Assembly: GCA_001595785.1 (NCBI GenBank)
Contig: LSSJ01000021.1
Location: 5,248-69,247 of the forward strand
Direction of reading: 5' to 3'
Origin: Euryarchaeota archaeon SM23-78
GTDB taxonomy: Archaea; Nanobdellota; Nanobdellia; Woesearchaeales; SM23-78
Length of the DNA stretch: 64,000 nt
A program made the position numbers and the translations under genes. How positions within the stretch are numbered: position 1 is the stretch's first letter; every line of letters starts with the position of its first letter. Positions 8,606-17,918 of this stretch are shown here, piece after piece. The notes under the pieces are model-generated. The model saw only the letters and a list, made by a program, of their open reading frames with translations. It was not told the origin of the DNA and made no database searches.

Positions 8606-9691
8606 ATGAAATCGATGTTTATGAAAGGTTTTGCAATCGCTTTGGCGGTTGCTCTTGTCGTTTCTTTCATGACGCCGACCAATATCTGGGCTGCCAAGAA
8701 GACCAAATTCATCCTGGCCGGGTCGATCTATGCAGGCTGGATGCCTTGGTACTATGCAAATCAGTCCGGAATCCTCAAGAAATGGGCTAACAAGTACGGT
8801 ATTCAGATCGAATTTCGTCACATGGATTACATTCCTTCGGTTGTGGCATTCGTCGCCAAAAGAGCCGATGCTTGTGTGATGACCAACATGGAAGCCCTGG
8901 ACATGCCGGCTGCTGCAGGAGTATCAACCACAGTCATCATTCTCGGAGACTTTTCCAATGGCAATGACGCAGGTCTGGGTAGAGAGGGTTGTGAAACCAT
9001 ACAGCAATGGAAAGGAAAAGAAGTCTATTTGGTTGAATTTTCTGTTTCACACTATAGTGTGGTTCGAATTCTTGAAGAGAATGGGATGAAGGAATCTGAC
9101 ATAAAAATTGTTAATGTCAGTGATAGTGACATCGCTCCGGCCTTTATTGCCAACACCAGTCAGAAGGCTGTTGTTACCTGGAATCCCTTGGTTATGGAGA
9201 TTCTTCAGGAACCAGGCATCACTAAGGTCTTTGACTCTTCTGAGATACCTGGAGAGATTCTTGATCTGTGTGTGGTTCGCACCGAAGTTCTTGAGGACAA
9301 TCCTGACTTTGCCGAGGCCTTGACCGGAGCATGGTACGAAGTAATGGGCATCATGTCCAAACGCGGATCAACTGCAGATAACGCAATGGAGTCGATGGCT
9401 GAATCTGCTGGCTGTTCTTTGACAGAATACAAGAACCAGCTCAAAACCACGATGATGTATTACACGCCGGAATCAGCAGCAGAGTACATGTCAAGCGCAG
9501 AAGTCAGGAAGAATATGGACTATGTCCGGAACTTCTGCTTCAAACACAACCTGCTCGGCGAAAATGCCAGTTCGGTCGACGAAGTCGGTATTCAGTATCC
9601 CGACGGCACAGTTCAGGGTGACAGGAACAATATCCAGTTCATCTTTGACGCTTCGTTCATGCGCAAAGCAGCTGAAGGCAAACTGAAGTAA
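8606..9691 (+). CDS. ABC transporter substrate-binding protein (NitT/TauT, NMT1-like)
   Basis: ATG at 8606 follows AAAGGAG and gives signal peptide MKSMFMKGFAIALAVALVVSF. NMT1-like SBP features are present. Permease and ATPase genes follow. Confidence 0.65.
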   Translation: MKSMFMKGFAIALAVALVVSFMTPTNIWAAKKTKFILAGSIYAGWMPWYYANQSGILKKWANKYGIQIEFRHMDYIPSVVAFVAKRADACVMTNMEALDMPAAAGVSTTVIILGDFSNGNDAGLGREGCETIQQWKGKEVYLVEFSVSHYSVVRILEENGMKESDIKIVNVSDSDIAPAFIANTSQKAVVTWNPLVMEILQEPGITKVFDSSEIPGEILDLCVVRTEVLEDNPDFAEALTGAWYEVMGIMSKRGSTADNAMESMAESAGCSLTEYKNQLKTTMMYYTPESAAEYMSSAEVRKNMDYVRNFCFKHNLLGENASSVDEVGIQYPDGTVQGDRNNIQFIFDASFMRKAAEGKLK

Positions 9692-9782
9692 AGTTCAAGT
9701 GCAGTTCAAGGAAGGGCGTTGTTGGTTAATTTAATCTTCAGCGCCCTTTCCTATTTCTCAATTCTAAAAAAGGAGGTGATGT

Positions 9783-10625
9783 ATGAAGTTCTTCAAAGTC
9801 AATGCTACACCAAGCAGAGCTGTCAAGATAATCGTCCCATGGGTGCTTTTTGTTCTCTTCTTCATGCTCTACGTAAGAACTGCTGATGTCAGGCACAAAG
9901 CAAATCCAAAGGAAAAACTGACTCCGAAGATTTCCCAAATGATCGATGGATTTAAAAGATCGGTTTTTGATCCAGAAACCAGGGACCCAGACATGGTCAA
10001 GGAGGCAGAAGATAAATTCCGTCTTGCATTTGACACCTATGCCAGTCTGCGCCGTTGCTTTATTGCTTTAGCTATCATTTTCCTAGGAGTGGTCATTGGT
10101 TTAAATATGGGCACACTCCCATATTTAGAATTGCTCCTATATCGTTTTGTGCTTTTCTTTGATAAAACGCCAGCTTTAGCAATACTGCCTATTTTGTTTA
10201 TTGTCTTTGGCCTGGGAGAGGTATCTAAAATTGCTCTGATTGTCATCGGAGTGATGCCGACCATTATTCTCGATACTTATCTAAGAGCAAAGGCTTTTCC
10301 CAGAGAATTGATCACCAAGGCAATGACTCTAGGCGCTAGTCATGGCGAAATTGTCTATCGAATTGTTAAGCCAAACATTTACCCATTGGTATTAGATACC
10401 ATCCGCCTGAACTTCAAAGCTGTATTCTTGTTCCTAATTGCTGGAGAGTCTCTGGCTGCTACTGTGGGTCTGGGTTACCGGATCTTTGTCATCCGCCGCT
10501 ATGTAGCCATGGATATCATCATTCCCTATGTTTTATGGATCAGTCTGATTGCTTTCACAGCTGACCTAATCGTAAGAGTGTGGATCAATAAACGATACCG
10601 TAATCGTTGGCTACACAACAGGTGA
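9783..10625 (+). CDS. ABC transporter permease (binding-protein-dependent, NitT/TauT type)
   Basis: Multi-TM protein with an EAA-like loop (ELITKAMTLGASHGEIVYRIVKPNIYPLV). Confidence 0.8.
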   Translation: MKFFKVNATPSRAVKIIVPWVLFVLFFMLYVRTADVRHKANPKEKLTPKISQMIDGFKRSVFDPETRDPDMVKEAEDKFRLAFDTYASLRRCFIALAIIFLGVVIGLNMGTLPYLELLLYRFVLFFDKTPALAILPILFIVFGLGEVSKIALIVIGVMPTIILDTYLRAKAFPRELITKAMTLGASHGEIVYRIVKPNIYPLVLDTIRLNFKAVFLFLIAGESLAATVGLGYRIFVIRRYVAMDIIIPYVLWISLIAFTADLIVRVWINKRYRNRWLHNR

Positions 10626-10635
10626 GGAGGAAAAC

Positions 10636-11520
10636 ATGAGTGAATACGTCATAAATGTAGAAGGCGTTTATCAGAAGTACCCGGATAGGTACGGGAAAAA
10701 AAGAAAGATGCGCACAGTTCTGAATGATATCAACCTCAAAATCAGATGTGGAGAATTTGTTACCATGGTTGGGCCTACTGGCTGTGGCAAATCATCACTG
10801 TTAAGGTTGATCCTAGGCTCTGAAAGGCCTTTTTCTGGCAAGGTCTTGATGAACAATGTTGAAATCAAAGAACCTGATCGCAATCGCGGAGTTGTTTTTC
10901 AGCATTACTCCTTGTTCCCTAATCTCACAGTGCTTGAAAATGTGGTTTTTGGCCTGGAGCTGGAGCAGTTTGACCTTTCTCATCGGATTTTCAAACGTGG
11001 TTATGTCGAAGAAAAATCCAAAGAGTTCAGAGAACTAGCTACGGATTACCTTGAAAAAGTTGGCTTAGGAGAGCATCTAGATAAGTATCCTCATCAACTC
11101 TCAGGGGGTATGAGGCAGAGAGCAGCAATTGCTCAAGCAATGATCATGGAGCCACAAGTTCTGCTGATGGATGAGCCGCATGGAGCCCTTGATGTGGGGA
11201 CGCGCGAGGAGATGCAGATTTTTTTGATAGAGCAATGGGAATGTGAAAAGCAAACCATCATCTTTGTGACTCATGACCTAGAAGAAGCTATCTATCTTGG
11301 CTCCAGAATTATTGTTCTTTCCCCATTTTACTCTTGCGATGAAGGAGAAGAAGATGGTTCAAGAATCGTGAAAGACGTACCCATTGAATGGCCTCTTCCA
11401 AGACCAACAGACATGAAGCATTCAAGAGAATTCAATGATCTGATGCAAGCTATCCGAAGAGAAGGACTTGATCCTGGATATCTACAGCACATCAAAGAGT
11501 TTGACTTGAGGCACAAGTAA
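10636..11520 (+). CDS. ABC transporter ATP-binding protein
   Basis: Walker A GPTGCGKSS, signature LSGGMRQR, Walker B LLMDEP, H-loop VTHD. Confidence 0.9.
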   Translation: MSEYVINVEGVYQKYPDRYGKKRKMRTVLNDINLKIRCGEFVTMVGPTGCGKSSLLRLILGSERPFSGKVLMNNVEIKEPDRNRGVVFQHYSLFPNLTVLENVVFGLELEQFDLSHRIFKRGYVEEKSKEFRELATDYLEKVGLGEHLDKYPHQLSGGMRQRAAIAQAMIMEPQVLLMDEPHGALDVGTREEMQIFLIEQWECEKQTIIFVTHDLEEAIYLGSRIIVLSPFYSCDEGEEDGSRIVKDVPIEWPLPRPTDMKHSREFNDLMQAIRREGLDPGYLQHIKEFDLRHK

Positions 11521-11627
11521 GGATGTAAGTAGGATGCAAGTCTGGATGCTAAAACACAAGGGGGCTCCCTGACAATACCAATGCAAATATTTGGAATGTC
11601 AAAGCCCCATTTCCCCTCTGAAAAACT

Positions 11628-11685
11628 GCGCCTTGTCAAATAATTGAACAGACAGAACTGAGCCGGACGAGGCGCTTGCCTTGAA
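11628..11685 (+). promoter_or_regulatory. conserved upstream block W2 (GCGCCTTGTCA..TGAACAG..GGCGCTTGCCTTGAA), paralog of 10-63
   Basis: See W1. It ends 48 nt before ATG 11734, the first gene of the ORFan block. Confidence 0.35.
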
Positions 11686-11733
11686 AAAAACAGAGAAAAA
11701 TTTCTCGATTATAAATTATATAAGGAGAATGAA

Positions 11734-12420
11734 ATGCAAAGATATAAACTTGTTAGAATCTTTCTCTTAACTACTACTCTTTTAATCAATACCCCTTTGT
11801 TCTCTCAGTGCTTTGACTTAATCCCTAATAAGTCTGCTGATGAAGATAGAATTCTTAAATTGTTAGTAGTGGCTGATTCTGGGTACAGGGTTGAAGTAGT
11901 TAATTGGAGAAAAGAAATATCTAGAATAATTTCTACGATGTCTATGCTGCTTTCGGTTCAGAAAACAGGTCTTAGTTTAGAGATTACTAGATATGCACAC
12001 TGGCAGAGAGAAACAGAGAGTGATAAAGGCTTTTTATCTGTGCTCATTGAGTTAGAAAAAGATTTTCCCAGAGATAAGAACCAAGGTGTTGATATAATCA
12101 TGGGATTAACTTCTCATGGATTACAAGAAGCCCAAGCATGCGCTGATTCACAAAAGGGTTATATAGTATTAAGTAATAAGACCTTGGTCTCACCTTCTGA
12201 CCGACCAATACTGTTGGTTCCTGTTCTGATTCACGAACTAGGACATATCTTTGGGTGTAATGATGTTGATGGTAAAGACTCAGTAATGAAAAGAGCTATA
12301 ACCCTGATAAAAGGTCAACCCACTCCTGTGTTATACGACCAGAAGAGCCTAGAAAAAATAAGGGTAAATAAGTGGAGAAAGTTCCCAAGTAAGGTTAATT
12401 GGAGGGAATACCTAAACTAA
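11734..12420 (+). CDS. secreted zinc metalloprotease-like protein (HExxHxxGxxD, metzincin/snapalysin-like)
   Basis: Signal peptide present. Motif LIHELGHIFGCNDVDGKDSVM, that is HExxH followed by G, D and a possible Met-turn. Confidence 0.5.
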   Translation: MQRYKLVRIFLLTTTLLINTPLFSQCFDLIPNKSADEDRILKLLVVADSGYRVEVVNWRKEISRIISTMSMLLSVQKTGLSLEITRYAHWQRETESDKGFLSVLIELEKDFPRDKNQGVDIIMGLTSHGLQEAQACADSQKGYIVLSNKTLVSPSDRPILLVPVLIHELGHIFGCNDVDGKDSVMKRAITLIKGQPTPVLYDQKSLEKIRVNKWRKFPSKVNWREYLN

Positions 12421-12484
12421 AAATGTCTTTTAAAAGGTTTTTGAATAAAAAACTTTGGCCTAAAGCCAAGAAAGGAGAATAATA

Positions 12485-12889
12485 ATGAAAGAACTCTTTG
12501 AAATAACTTATCATTGGTTTCTGGTTGCCCTGTACCTAGTCACAATAGCCATTGTTTTTCTTTGGGCTAAACGATTAAGAAAATTTGAGGAAATAAAAAA
12601 AGGTGGCGTTGTACGATTTTTTATAGATGCAGGGTATAATCTTACAATCCTATCATTCCTCTACACCTTTTTCACATCTATTTCAGAACTAGTATTTAAG
12701 AATTACTCAAATTTCTGGACTTATTTTACCATAGGTTGCGGTATGTTGGGATTAGGTGTTCTTCTTCTCGGATTTGCTTCATTAAAAATTAAAAAGTATC
12801 TTGGAGACTCTCCTTACAGAGCAGAAATGAGCTTAAAAGAATTAGAGAAGAGGAACAAGGCTGAGTTAAAAAAATTAGGGTTGAAATAG
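12485..12889 (+). CDS. hypothetical membrane protein
   Basis: 134-aa ORF with AAAGGAG upstream and 3-4 hydrophobic helices. Confidence 0.5.
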   Translation: MKELFEITYHWFLVALYLVTIAIVFLWAKRLRKFEEIKKGGVVRFFIDAGYNLTILSFLYTFFTSISELVFKNYSNFWTYFTIGCGMLGLGVLLLGFASLKIKKYLGDSPYRAEMSLKELEKRNKAELKKLGLK

Positions 12890-12898
12890 GAAAGAAAC

Positions 12899-13066
12899 AT
12901 GAAACTAGGACTATTACCAATTCTTATGGTGATTGTTACAGTTATTTACATACTTTTCCTGAAATACATGAAACGAAAACAAGATTCTGAGTTCAAAAAA
13001 ATCAATAAAGATTTTGAGGAAAGAGATAAACTACTTCCAAAAAACAAGAAAGGAGAAAACAAATGA
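12899..13066 (+). CDS. hypothetical small membrane protein (55 aa, below the ORF-track cutoff)
   Basis: Manual translation MKLGLLPILMVIVTVIYILFLKYMKRKQDSEFKK..KGENK. One TM helix. Its stop overlaps the next ATG (ATGA). Confidence 0.35.
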   Translation: MKLGLLPILMVIVTVIYILFLKYMKRKQDSEFKKINKDFEERDKLLPKNKKGENK

Positions 13067-13278
13067 ACATCTTAACAGGATCAGTATTAATTTTGCTGGG
13101 AGCAATTGTTCTTGCTGTTGACTTATATGTCGGTACTATTCTAATAAAAAGTGAAAAAAGGTCTAAAAAACAGAGATACGGAAAGATTCGAAATACTGTA
13201 ATTGGTGCACTCTCCCTAGGCGCAGCTTGTACTGTGGTTATTGTGCTGGGAATCCTCAGATTGCTTGATAAATGGTAA
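13063..13278 (+). CDS. hypothetical small membrane protein
   Basis: 71 aa with two TM helices. AAAGGAG upstream. Confidence 0.45.
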   Translation: MNILTGSVLILLGAIVLAVDLYVGTILIKSEKRSKKQRYGKIRNTVIGALSLGAACTVVIVLGILRLLDKW

Positions 13279-13330
13279 AAAGAGGAACAGGGTTTAGAAA
13301 AAAGGAGGCGCTAAAGGAGGTGAATGAGTA

Positions 13331-13422
13331 TGAGGGCCCTGTAAGGCGCTTTCAGAGCTCCTGTTGTTACTCAGGGGATGGGTATCTTGTAGATTCCACC
13401 GCTGGTACAAGCAGGGCCCTCA
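13331..13422 (+). ncRNA. structured element E1 (paralog of 16193-16290)
   Basis: A perfect 11-nt closing inverted repeat TGAGGGCCCTG/CAGGGCCCTCA encloses about 70 nt. E1 shares with E2 the flanks TATGAGGG..CCCTCACCA.GCA..AAACAATT and an internal GGGTATYT. Confidence 0.3.
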
Positions 13423-13492
13423 CCAGCAAAGAAAACAATTCTGTCAAAAGCTTGACAATTAACATAAATAAAAATATTAATAGGAGGTTATT

Positions 13493-14059
13493 ATGAGTCC
13501 AAAAACATGGTATTGGATATTTTTCTTTGTATGCTCATTCGTGGGCATTGCTTTGATCATCTGGAGTTTGGTATTGGATAGAAAAGCAAGAAAGATGAGT
13601 GATTCTCTTCCTGGTCTAGGACTCGCTATTGCATCTATTCTAACACTCATATTTGGGTCAATTACCTATGTCCTTTTAAAGGCACAAGAAGAGCCTGACT
13701 TGTTCTCAATGATTAAAACATCCTTAATCATCTGGGGAGTTGGCTTGTTGATTGCTATTCTGATTACTGTTGCAGGATACTCACGATATGTTGACGAGAA
13801 AGGCAGAACCTCAAATCTTGGCTTTAATGTTATTGTAGTTCTGTCTCCTTTCTTCATAGTTGGTGTTTACTATGCGCTCTGGTTCTTGTTCTCCAGAATA
13901 GGAATGCTTGTCAGAAAGATATTCCCTGGTACAAGGTTTTTTTATGGCTGGTTTGGAACATCTGTGTTGGGCTTTATTGCTTTTTTATTAGCAGCATTCT
14001 TCATATTGATGTTCATAGAAATAGCCCGAGATTTCAGAGTTGAGAATAACTCTGCCTAG
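13493..14059 (+). CDS. hypothetical polytopic membrane protein
   Basis: 188 aa with TAGGAGG upstream and about 5 TM helices. Confidence 0.55.
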   Translation: MSPKTWYWIFFFVCSFVGIALIIWSLVLDRKARKMSDSLPGLGLAIASILTLIFGSITYVLLKAQEEPDLFSMIKTSLIIWGVGLLIAILITVAGYSRYVDEKGRTSNLGFNVIVVLSPFFIVGVYYALWFLFSRIGMLVRKIFPGTRFFYGWFGTSVLGFIAFLLAAFFILMFIEIARDFRVENNSA

Positions 14060-14068
14060 GAGGATAAA

Positions 14069-14812
14069 ATGACAATTGTTTTTATCATCCTTGTTGGAGT
14101 TGTAGTTGCTATTGTCTGGGAATTTGGGATAACTGGTTTTCTTATCCTTGTAGGATTGGTAGTGGCTGTTATCTGGGGCTTGGTGCTAGCAGGAGGGAGT
14201 GCTCATCTAACCACTTATCAAAAAAGAATCATTTTTAATCCTCCTCAAAAACCTGAAGAGGAAGAGATAAAAACAGAAAATGATACAGAGCAGAAAAAGC
14301 AGGCAAAAAGAAAAGAGGATTCCAAGAAGAAAAAAGTGGTTCAACAAGAGCAGAACAATGAGATAAAGCTAAATCTGACTGAATTAATTGAAAGTAAAAG
14401 AAAAGAGTGGTATAAGCTGAGAAGAAAGCATAAAGTACGCTATATATCTTACCGAAGAATTGTGCAGAGTTCAGAGCTAAAGTGCATCTGTTGCCAACAC
14501 AATGAATTTGTTTATTGCGGCCCTTACTACAACTGTGATTGTGAAGCTCACTTCTTTCTATGTACTCAATGTAAAAGAAGTTTTATCCTGGACAGAAAAC
14601 AAATAAGCAGCATATTCTGGGAGCGAAAAAAGAAGTATCAATTGATGAAGGAGAAAAAACAAGCATCAGCAGAAGTATCTGAAAAAGAGACAATATCCAT
14701 GCCTAATTCAGCGCCAGTAGTTGTCAAACCAAAGCAGAAACCTAGATCCAAACCAAGACGTGTAAAACAAGTCAGGATGATCATAGAGATGAAAAGAAGA
14801 TTATTTTTCTAA
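14069..14812 (+). CDS. hypothetical membrane-anchored protein with Lys-rich linker and Cys-rich (zinc-ribbon-like) domain
   Basis: Two N-terminal TM helices, a K/E-rich segment, and cysteine pairs CICCQH..CGPYYNCDCEAHFFLCTQCK. Confidence 0.5.
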   Translation: MTIVFIILVGVVVAIVWEFGITGFLILVGLVVAVIWGLVLAGGSAHLTTYQKRIIFNPPQKPEEEEIKTENDTEQKKQAKRKEDSKKKKVVQQEQNNEIKLNLTELIESKRKEWYKLRRKHKVRYISYRRIVQSSELKCICCQHNEFVYCGPYYNCDCEAHFFLCTQCKRSFILDRKQISSIFWERKKKYQLMKEKKQASAEVSEKETISMPNSAPVVVKPKQKPRSKPRRVKQVRMIIEMKRRLFF

Positions 14813-14823
14813 GGAGGGAAAAA

Positions 14824-15165
14824 ATGTCGAATAAAAAATCAAAAAAGCAAAGAGAATTCGAAGCTTGGGAAGAGCTTGATAGGCTTCTAGAAGAAATCTT
14901 TTGCGATCGTCGTTTAGCTATAAAACAAGAAGAAATAGAACAAGACTTAGAAGCCTACCGAGAAGAAAGAGCTCGGATTCTCAAAGACCCAGAAAGCACA
15001 GACCCTGAAGAGCTAGAACAACTCTCAAAAAAACTCATAAGCCACTTAGAGTTTCTCAAAAGGTCAGAGCACCCAAAAGCCCAAAGCTCGGCAAGAATGC
15101 TGGAAATCATTCTCAAACAGAACGGAATTCTAGATTTACACAAACCAAAATCAGAGGAGGGATAA
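14824..15165 (+). CDS. hypothetical acidic coiled-coil protein
   Basis: 113-aa ORF with AAGGAGGG upstream. No recognisable family. Confidence 0.45.
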   Translation: MSNKKSKKQREFEAWEELDRLLEEIFCDRRLAIKQEEIEQDLEAYREERARILKDPESTDPEELEQLSKKLISHLEFLKRSEHPKAQSSARMLEIILKQNGILDLHKPKSEEG

Positions 15166-15166
15166 A

Positions 15167-15409
15167 ATGCAAAAAGTTAACAAGCACACAATTGAAGATT
15201 TAGGAGAGTACATCATATTATGTCTCAAAGAGCTGAAAAAACAAGGTACAACAAAAGTGCCCCTCTCTAAAATATACAAAATGCTAGTGGAAAAAGGTTT
15301 GTTGTTTAGAGAGGACGAATTGAAAATAGAAATGGATGACCTCTACTGCAGGGTAAAAATAGTTGACATTGTATGTATACACCCAGAGCTGACCTACATT
15401 CTGAAATGA
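15167..15409 (+). CDS. hypothetical protein
   Basis: 80-aa ORF with GAGGAGGG upstream, tightly packed after the previous gene. Confidence 0.4.
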   Translation: MQKVNKHTIEDLGEYIILCLKELKKQGTTKVPLSKIYKMLVEKGLLFREDELKIEMDDLYCRVKIVDIVCIHPELTYILK

Positions 15410-15855
15410 AGAAACTCCTTAATCATAAATCACCTGATATGATGTTTACTTTTCAGCAACTCTTGAACACACTGGGAGGCAGCCCTTTGCTCCACGTCAG
15501 TGAGGTTAGACCCTCCTTCCCTCCTGACAAAAGGGTCTGTCTCCCTATCCCATCTATTTTTAAGGAGAAAAACATGAGTGAAAATAATGAAAATCTCAAA
15601 GAAAAGAAGGAACTTGATTGGATTGAGGTGGAAGAGGTTGAATCTATTTTCAACTTAATCCTAAAAGAAGAAGAACCACAAAAGAACAAGGCCTTAACTG
15701 TAATGGGTCAAATCCTCTTAACCTGCTGTCCTCATGCTGAGGATGATATAAAGAGAGTGGCAGATGAAAATCTGAAAGAGGAAAAACTTACTCAGCAAGA
15801 GTACGATAAAATCATGGTTTTCATAAAAATACTTGCAAATGGAGGACCTAAATGA
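15406..15855 (+). CDS. hypothetical protein (start uncertain; alternative ATG at 15574 after AAGGAG)
   Basis: ATGA overlap with the upstream stop at 15406. An SD-preceded internal ATG at 15574 gives MSENNENLKEKK... Confidence 0.4.
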   Translation: MKKLLNHKSPDMMFTFQQLLNTLGGSPLLHVSEVRPSFPPDKRVCLPIPSIFKEKNMSENNENLKEKKELDWIEVEEVESIFNLILKEEEPQKNKALTVMGQILLTCCPHAEDDIKRVADENLKEEKLTQQEYDKIMVFIKILANGGPK

Positions 15856-16192
15856 AACAGATAAGTGATCTAACCAGAATGGCGGGAATAAGAAAGAAGA
15901 GTAGAGTGAGAAAAAGAAACAAAAAACACTTTCCTATTCCATCTAACGATAGAACCCGTCCAACTCGAATTAAAAGGTATCGCATAGTCCAGCTCTACCA
16001 CGACCGCCACATCATCTTCTAGCCCAGGAAAAGAGCATGGCCAACAACAAACATACATGCATCAAGAAAAGCAAAAAGAAAAAGAAGAACCATATAGAGC
16101 CAGAGGAAATGGTAAAAAACAAAAGGCTGGTTAATAATTCCAGAAATAAGTAATTATATAACCAAAATACTCTGGCTCAACTTTTTCTAATA

Positions 16193-16290
16193 TGAGGGAG
16201 CAAGGGCAGGCAGGGCCAACACCCCCTTTTTGGGTATTTCAACCCAATCCCCCTTTGCTGATAAAAAGAGTCCGCGTCCAAGCTCCCTCA
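16193..16290 (+). ncRNA. structured element E2 (paralog of 13331-13422)
   Basis: Closing stem TGAGGGAGC/GCTCCCTCA. Inner pairs AGCAAGGG/CCCTTTGCT and TTGGGT/ACCCAA. Same flanks as E1. Confidence 0.3.
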
Positions 16291-16358
16291 CCAAGCATGC
16301 AAACAATTAGGCAAACGCCATTTTAATCCAATACATATCTTAATGAAGGAGGACTAAA

Positions 16359-16763
16359 ATGAAAAAACCATTCTTTATCATTGTTCTGTTAATCCTTGTC
16401 TACTCTGCTATTGCTCAAGTTGAAGAACTTAAGCCTAGTATTCTTTTTCAAGAATCAACCCAGGTTAGCAGTTTCTCATTTCAGAGAGGTTCGCTCTATG
16501 TTGTAATGACTAATCCTGCGATTGTAGAGATACAATACATGTCTCGAAAAGATTATACCACCCCAGGATGGAAGAACATCTTGGTATTCATTGATGTGGG
16601 TGAAAAAGAAAACGAGTGGATAGTGTGGAACACAGAAGAAGAGGACCCAGAAAAACAGTACTTTGAAGTTCACATAAAGAAAAGCACTTTTGAAAAAATC
16701 GATACCATAGTAAAGTCTGAGTTGGATAATAGAGGCTTGATTCATAAAGAAAATAATCTGTGA
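16359..16763 (+). CDS. hypothetical secreted protein
   Basis: 134 aa with GAAGGAGG upstream and signal peptide MKKPFFIIVLLILVYSAIA. Confidence 0.5.
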   Translation: MKKPFFIIVLLILVYSAIAQVEELKPSILFQESTQVSSFSFQRGSLYVVMTNPAIVEIQYMSRKDYTTPGWKNILVFIDVGEKENEWIVWNTEEEDPEKQYFEVHIKKSTFEKIDTIVKSELDNRGLIHKENNL

Positions 16764-16850
16764 GAAAAAAATAAATCCAGAAAGGAGGTGTTGTTAACAA
16801 CAAATATTTTTCCCTAACCACACCAAAAATCCATTAGAGGAGGAAAAACT

Positions 16851-17102
16851 ATGTGGTGGAATTTATTAATCAGTCCGGTCTTAGGGATTGGTTGTGTCTT
16901 ATTGAACCTTCTTGAAGAAAAGGTTCAATTTGCTGCTGTCGGCATAGTCATATTCTTTACGAACTGGGCTTTTCGCGGTGTAGGCCACTTCTTCGAAGGC
17001 CTGTTGTTTGGAGCCGTGTTCATCGCAGTATGCGTTGGTACGCAGGCTCTTAAAAGCGGTCAAACCCAAAAAGCACCGGCAAAAAGTCAAAAAAAAACCT
17101 GA
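16851..17102 (+). CDS. hypothetical small membrane protein
   Basis: 83 aa with GAGGAGG upstream and 2-3 TM helices. Confidence 0.45.
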   Translation: MWWNLLISPVLGIGCVLLNLLEEKVQFAAVGIVIFFTNWAFRGVGHFFEGLLFGAVFIAVCVGTQALKSGQTQKAPAKSQKKT

Positions 17103-17290
17103 TCAATCCTGGCGGTCAGAACCACAATCCAACAGAGAAAAAGGCTTGACTCACTTCTTGACCTTAGTTGTTAGAATTTGAGGAAGGCCTTTTTCTCTCT
17201 TCAAAAAGCTAAATGGGTGGGGCTAACAAAAAAACCAAACTCGTCTGAGTATTAAATAAAATAAAAAACTAAAGGAAAGGAATAAAAAAA

Positions 17291-17848
17291 TTGGAAAAAG
17301 AAAAAACAAAAAGCAAAGGTGAAGGTGAGTTCAGAGAACTCCTTCCTGGGGAAAAGGTTGCTATTATGAGACAGATAAGAGAAGCTGAGAGTCATACTTC
17401 TGCAGAAATCGCCACTGCTTTTGTGCCTGATTCCAGCAAGTTCTACTCTAAATTCAGGAGTGGGAATCCTAGTCTTAAAGACCTGACCAAGCATGAGGTT
17501 GAGCTAGCAGTTTATTTCAAAGCCAAAGAGGTTTTTGAAAAGCTAATAGAAGCAGAAAATCTTTCAGATGAAGTGGCTGGTCGCACAGTCCTGATTCTTT
17601 GGTCACACAAAGAGAGGAAGATACAGATTGTTGGAGGCACGCTCATCAGGCAGGAATTGTTAAAGCCAGACAAGATGCAACCCATTATTGAGATGATTGA
17701 AAAAGGGATTGAAGCTTCTCAAAGAGACATTGACATCAGCACTATTCAAGAGGTAATCATAGCCTTGGAAGAGAAGCTTAAAAACCTCTTGCCTTGGTGG
17801 TCTGGAGATGTGGATGAGGTCACAGACAAACCATTCGAGACAGAATAA
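17291..17848 (+). CDS. hypothetical protein, weak TPM-domain-like N-terminus
   Basis: 185-aa ORF (TTG start, uncertain). IMRQIREAESHTSAEIATAFVPDS is loosely reminiscent of TPM/YgcG-type domains. Confidence 0.35.
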   Translation: MEKEKTKSKGEGEFRELLPGEKVAIMRQIREAESHTSAEIATAFVPDSSKFYSKFRSGNPSLKDLTKHEVELAVYFKAKEVFEKLIEAENLSDEVAGRTVLILWSHKERKIQIVGGTLIRQELLKPDKMQPIIEMIEKGIEASQRDIDISTIQEVIIALEEKLKNLLPWWSGDVDEVTDKPFETE

Positions 17849-17918
17849 GTAGTGCGATAAAAAAAATCTTGTCTCAATAAATCACTCTTAAAATCAAAGG
17901 AATCAAAGGAGGTTATCT

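Noticed and set aside
13272-13496. Tracked 74-aa ORF between two membrane-protein genes
   Set aside because: It overlaps structured element E1, lacks a proper SD at its ATG, and has an atypical composition. The region is treated as non-coding, though this is not proven.
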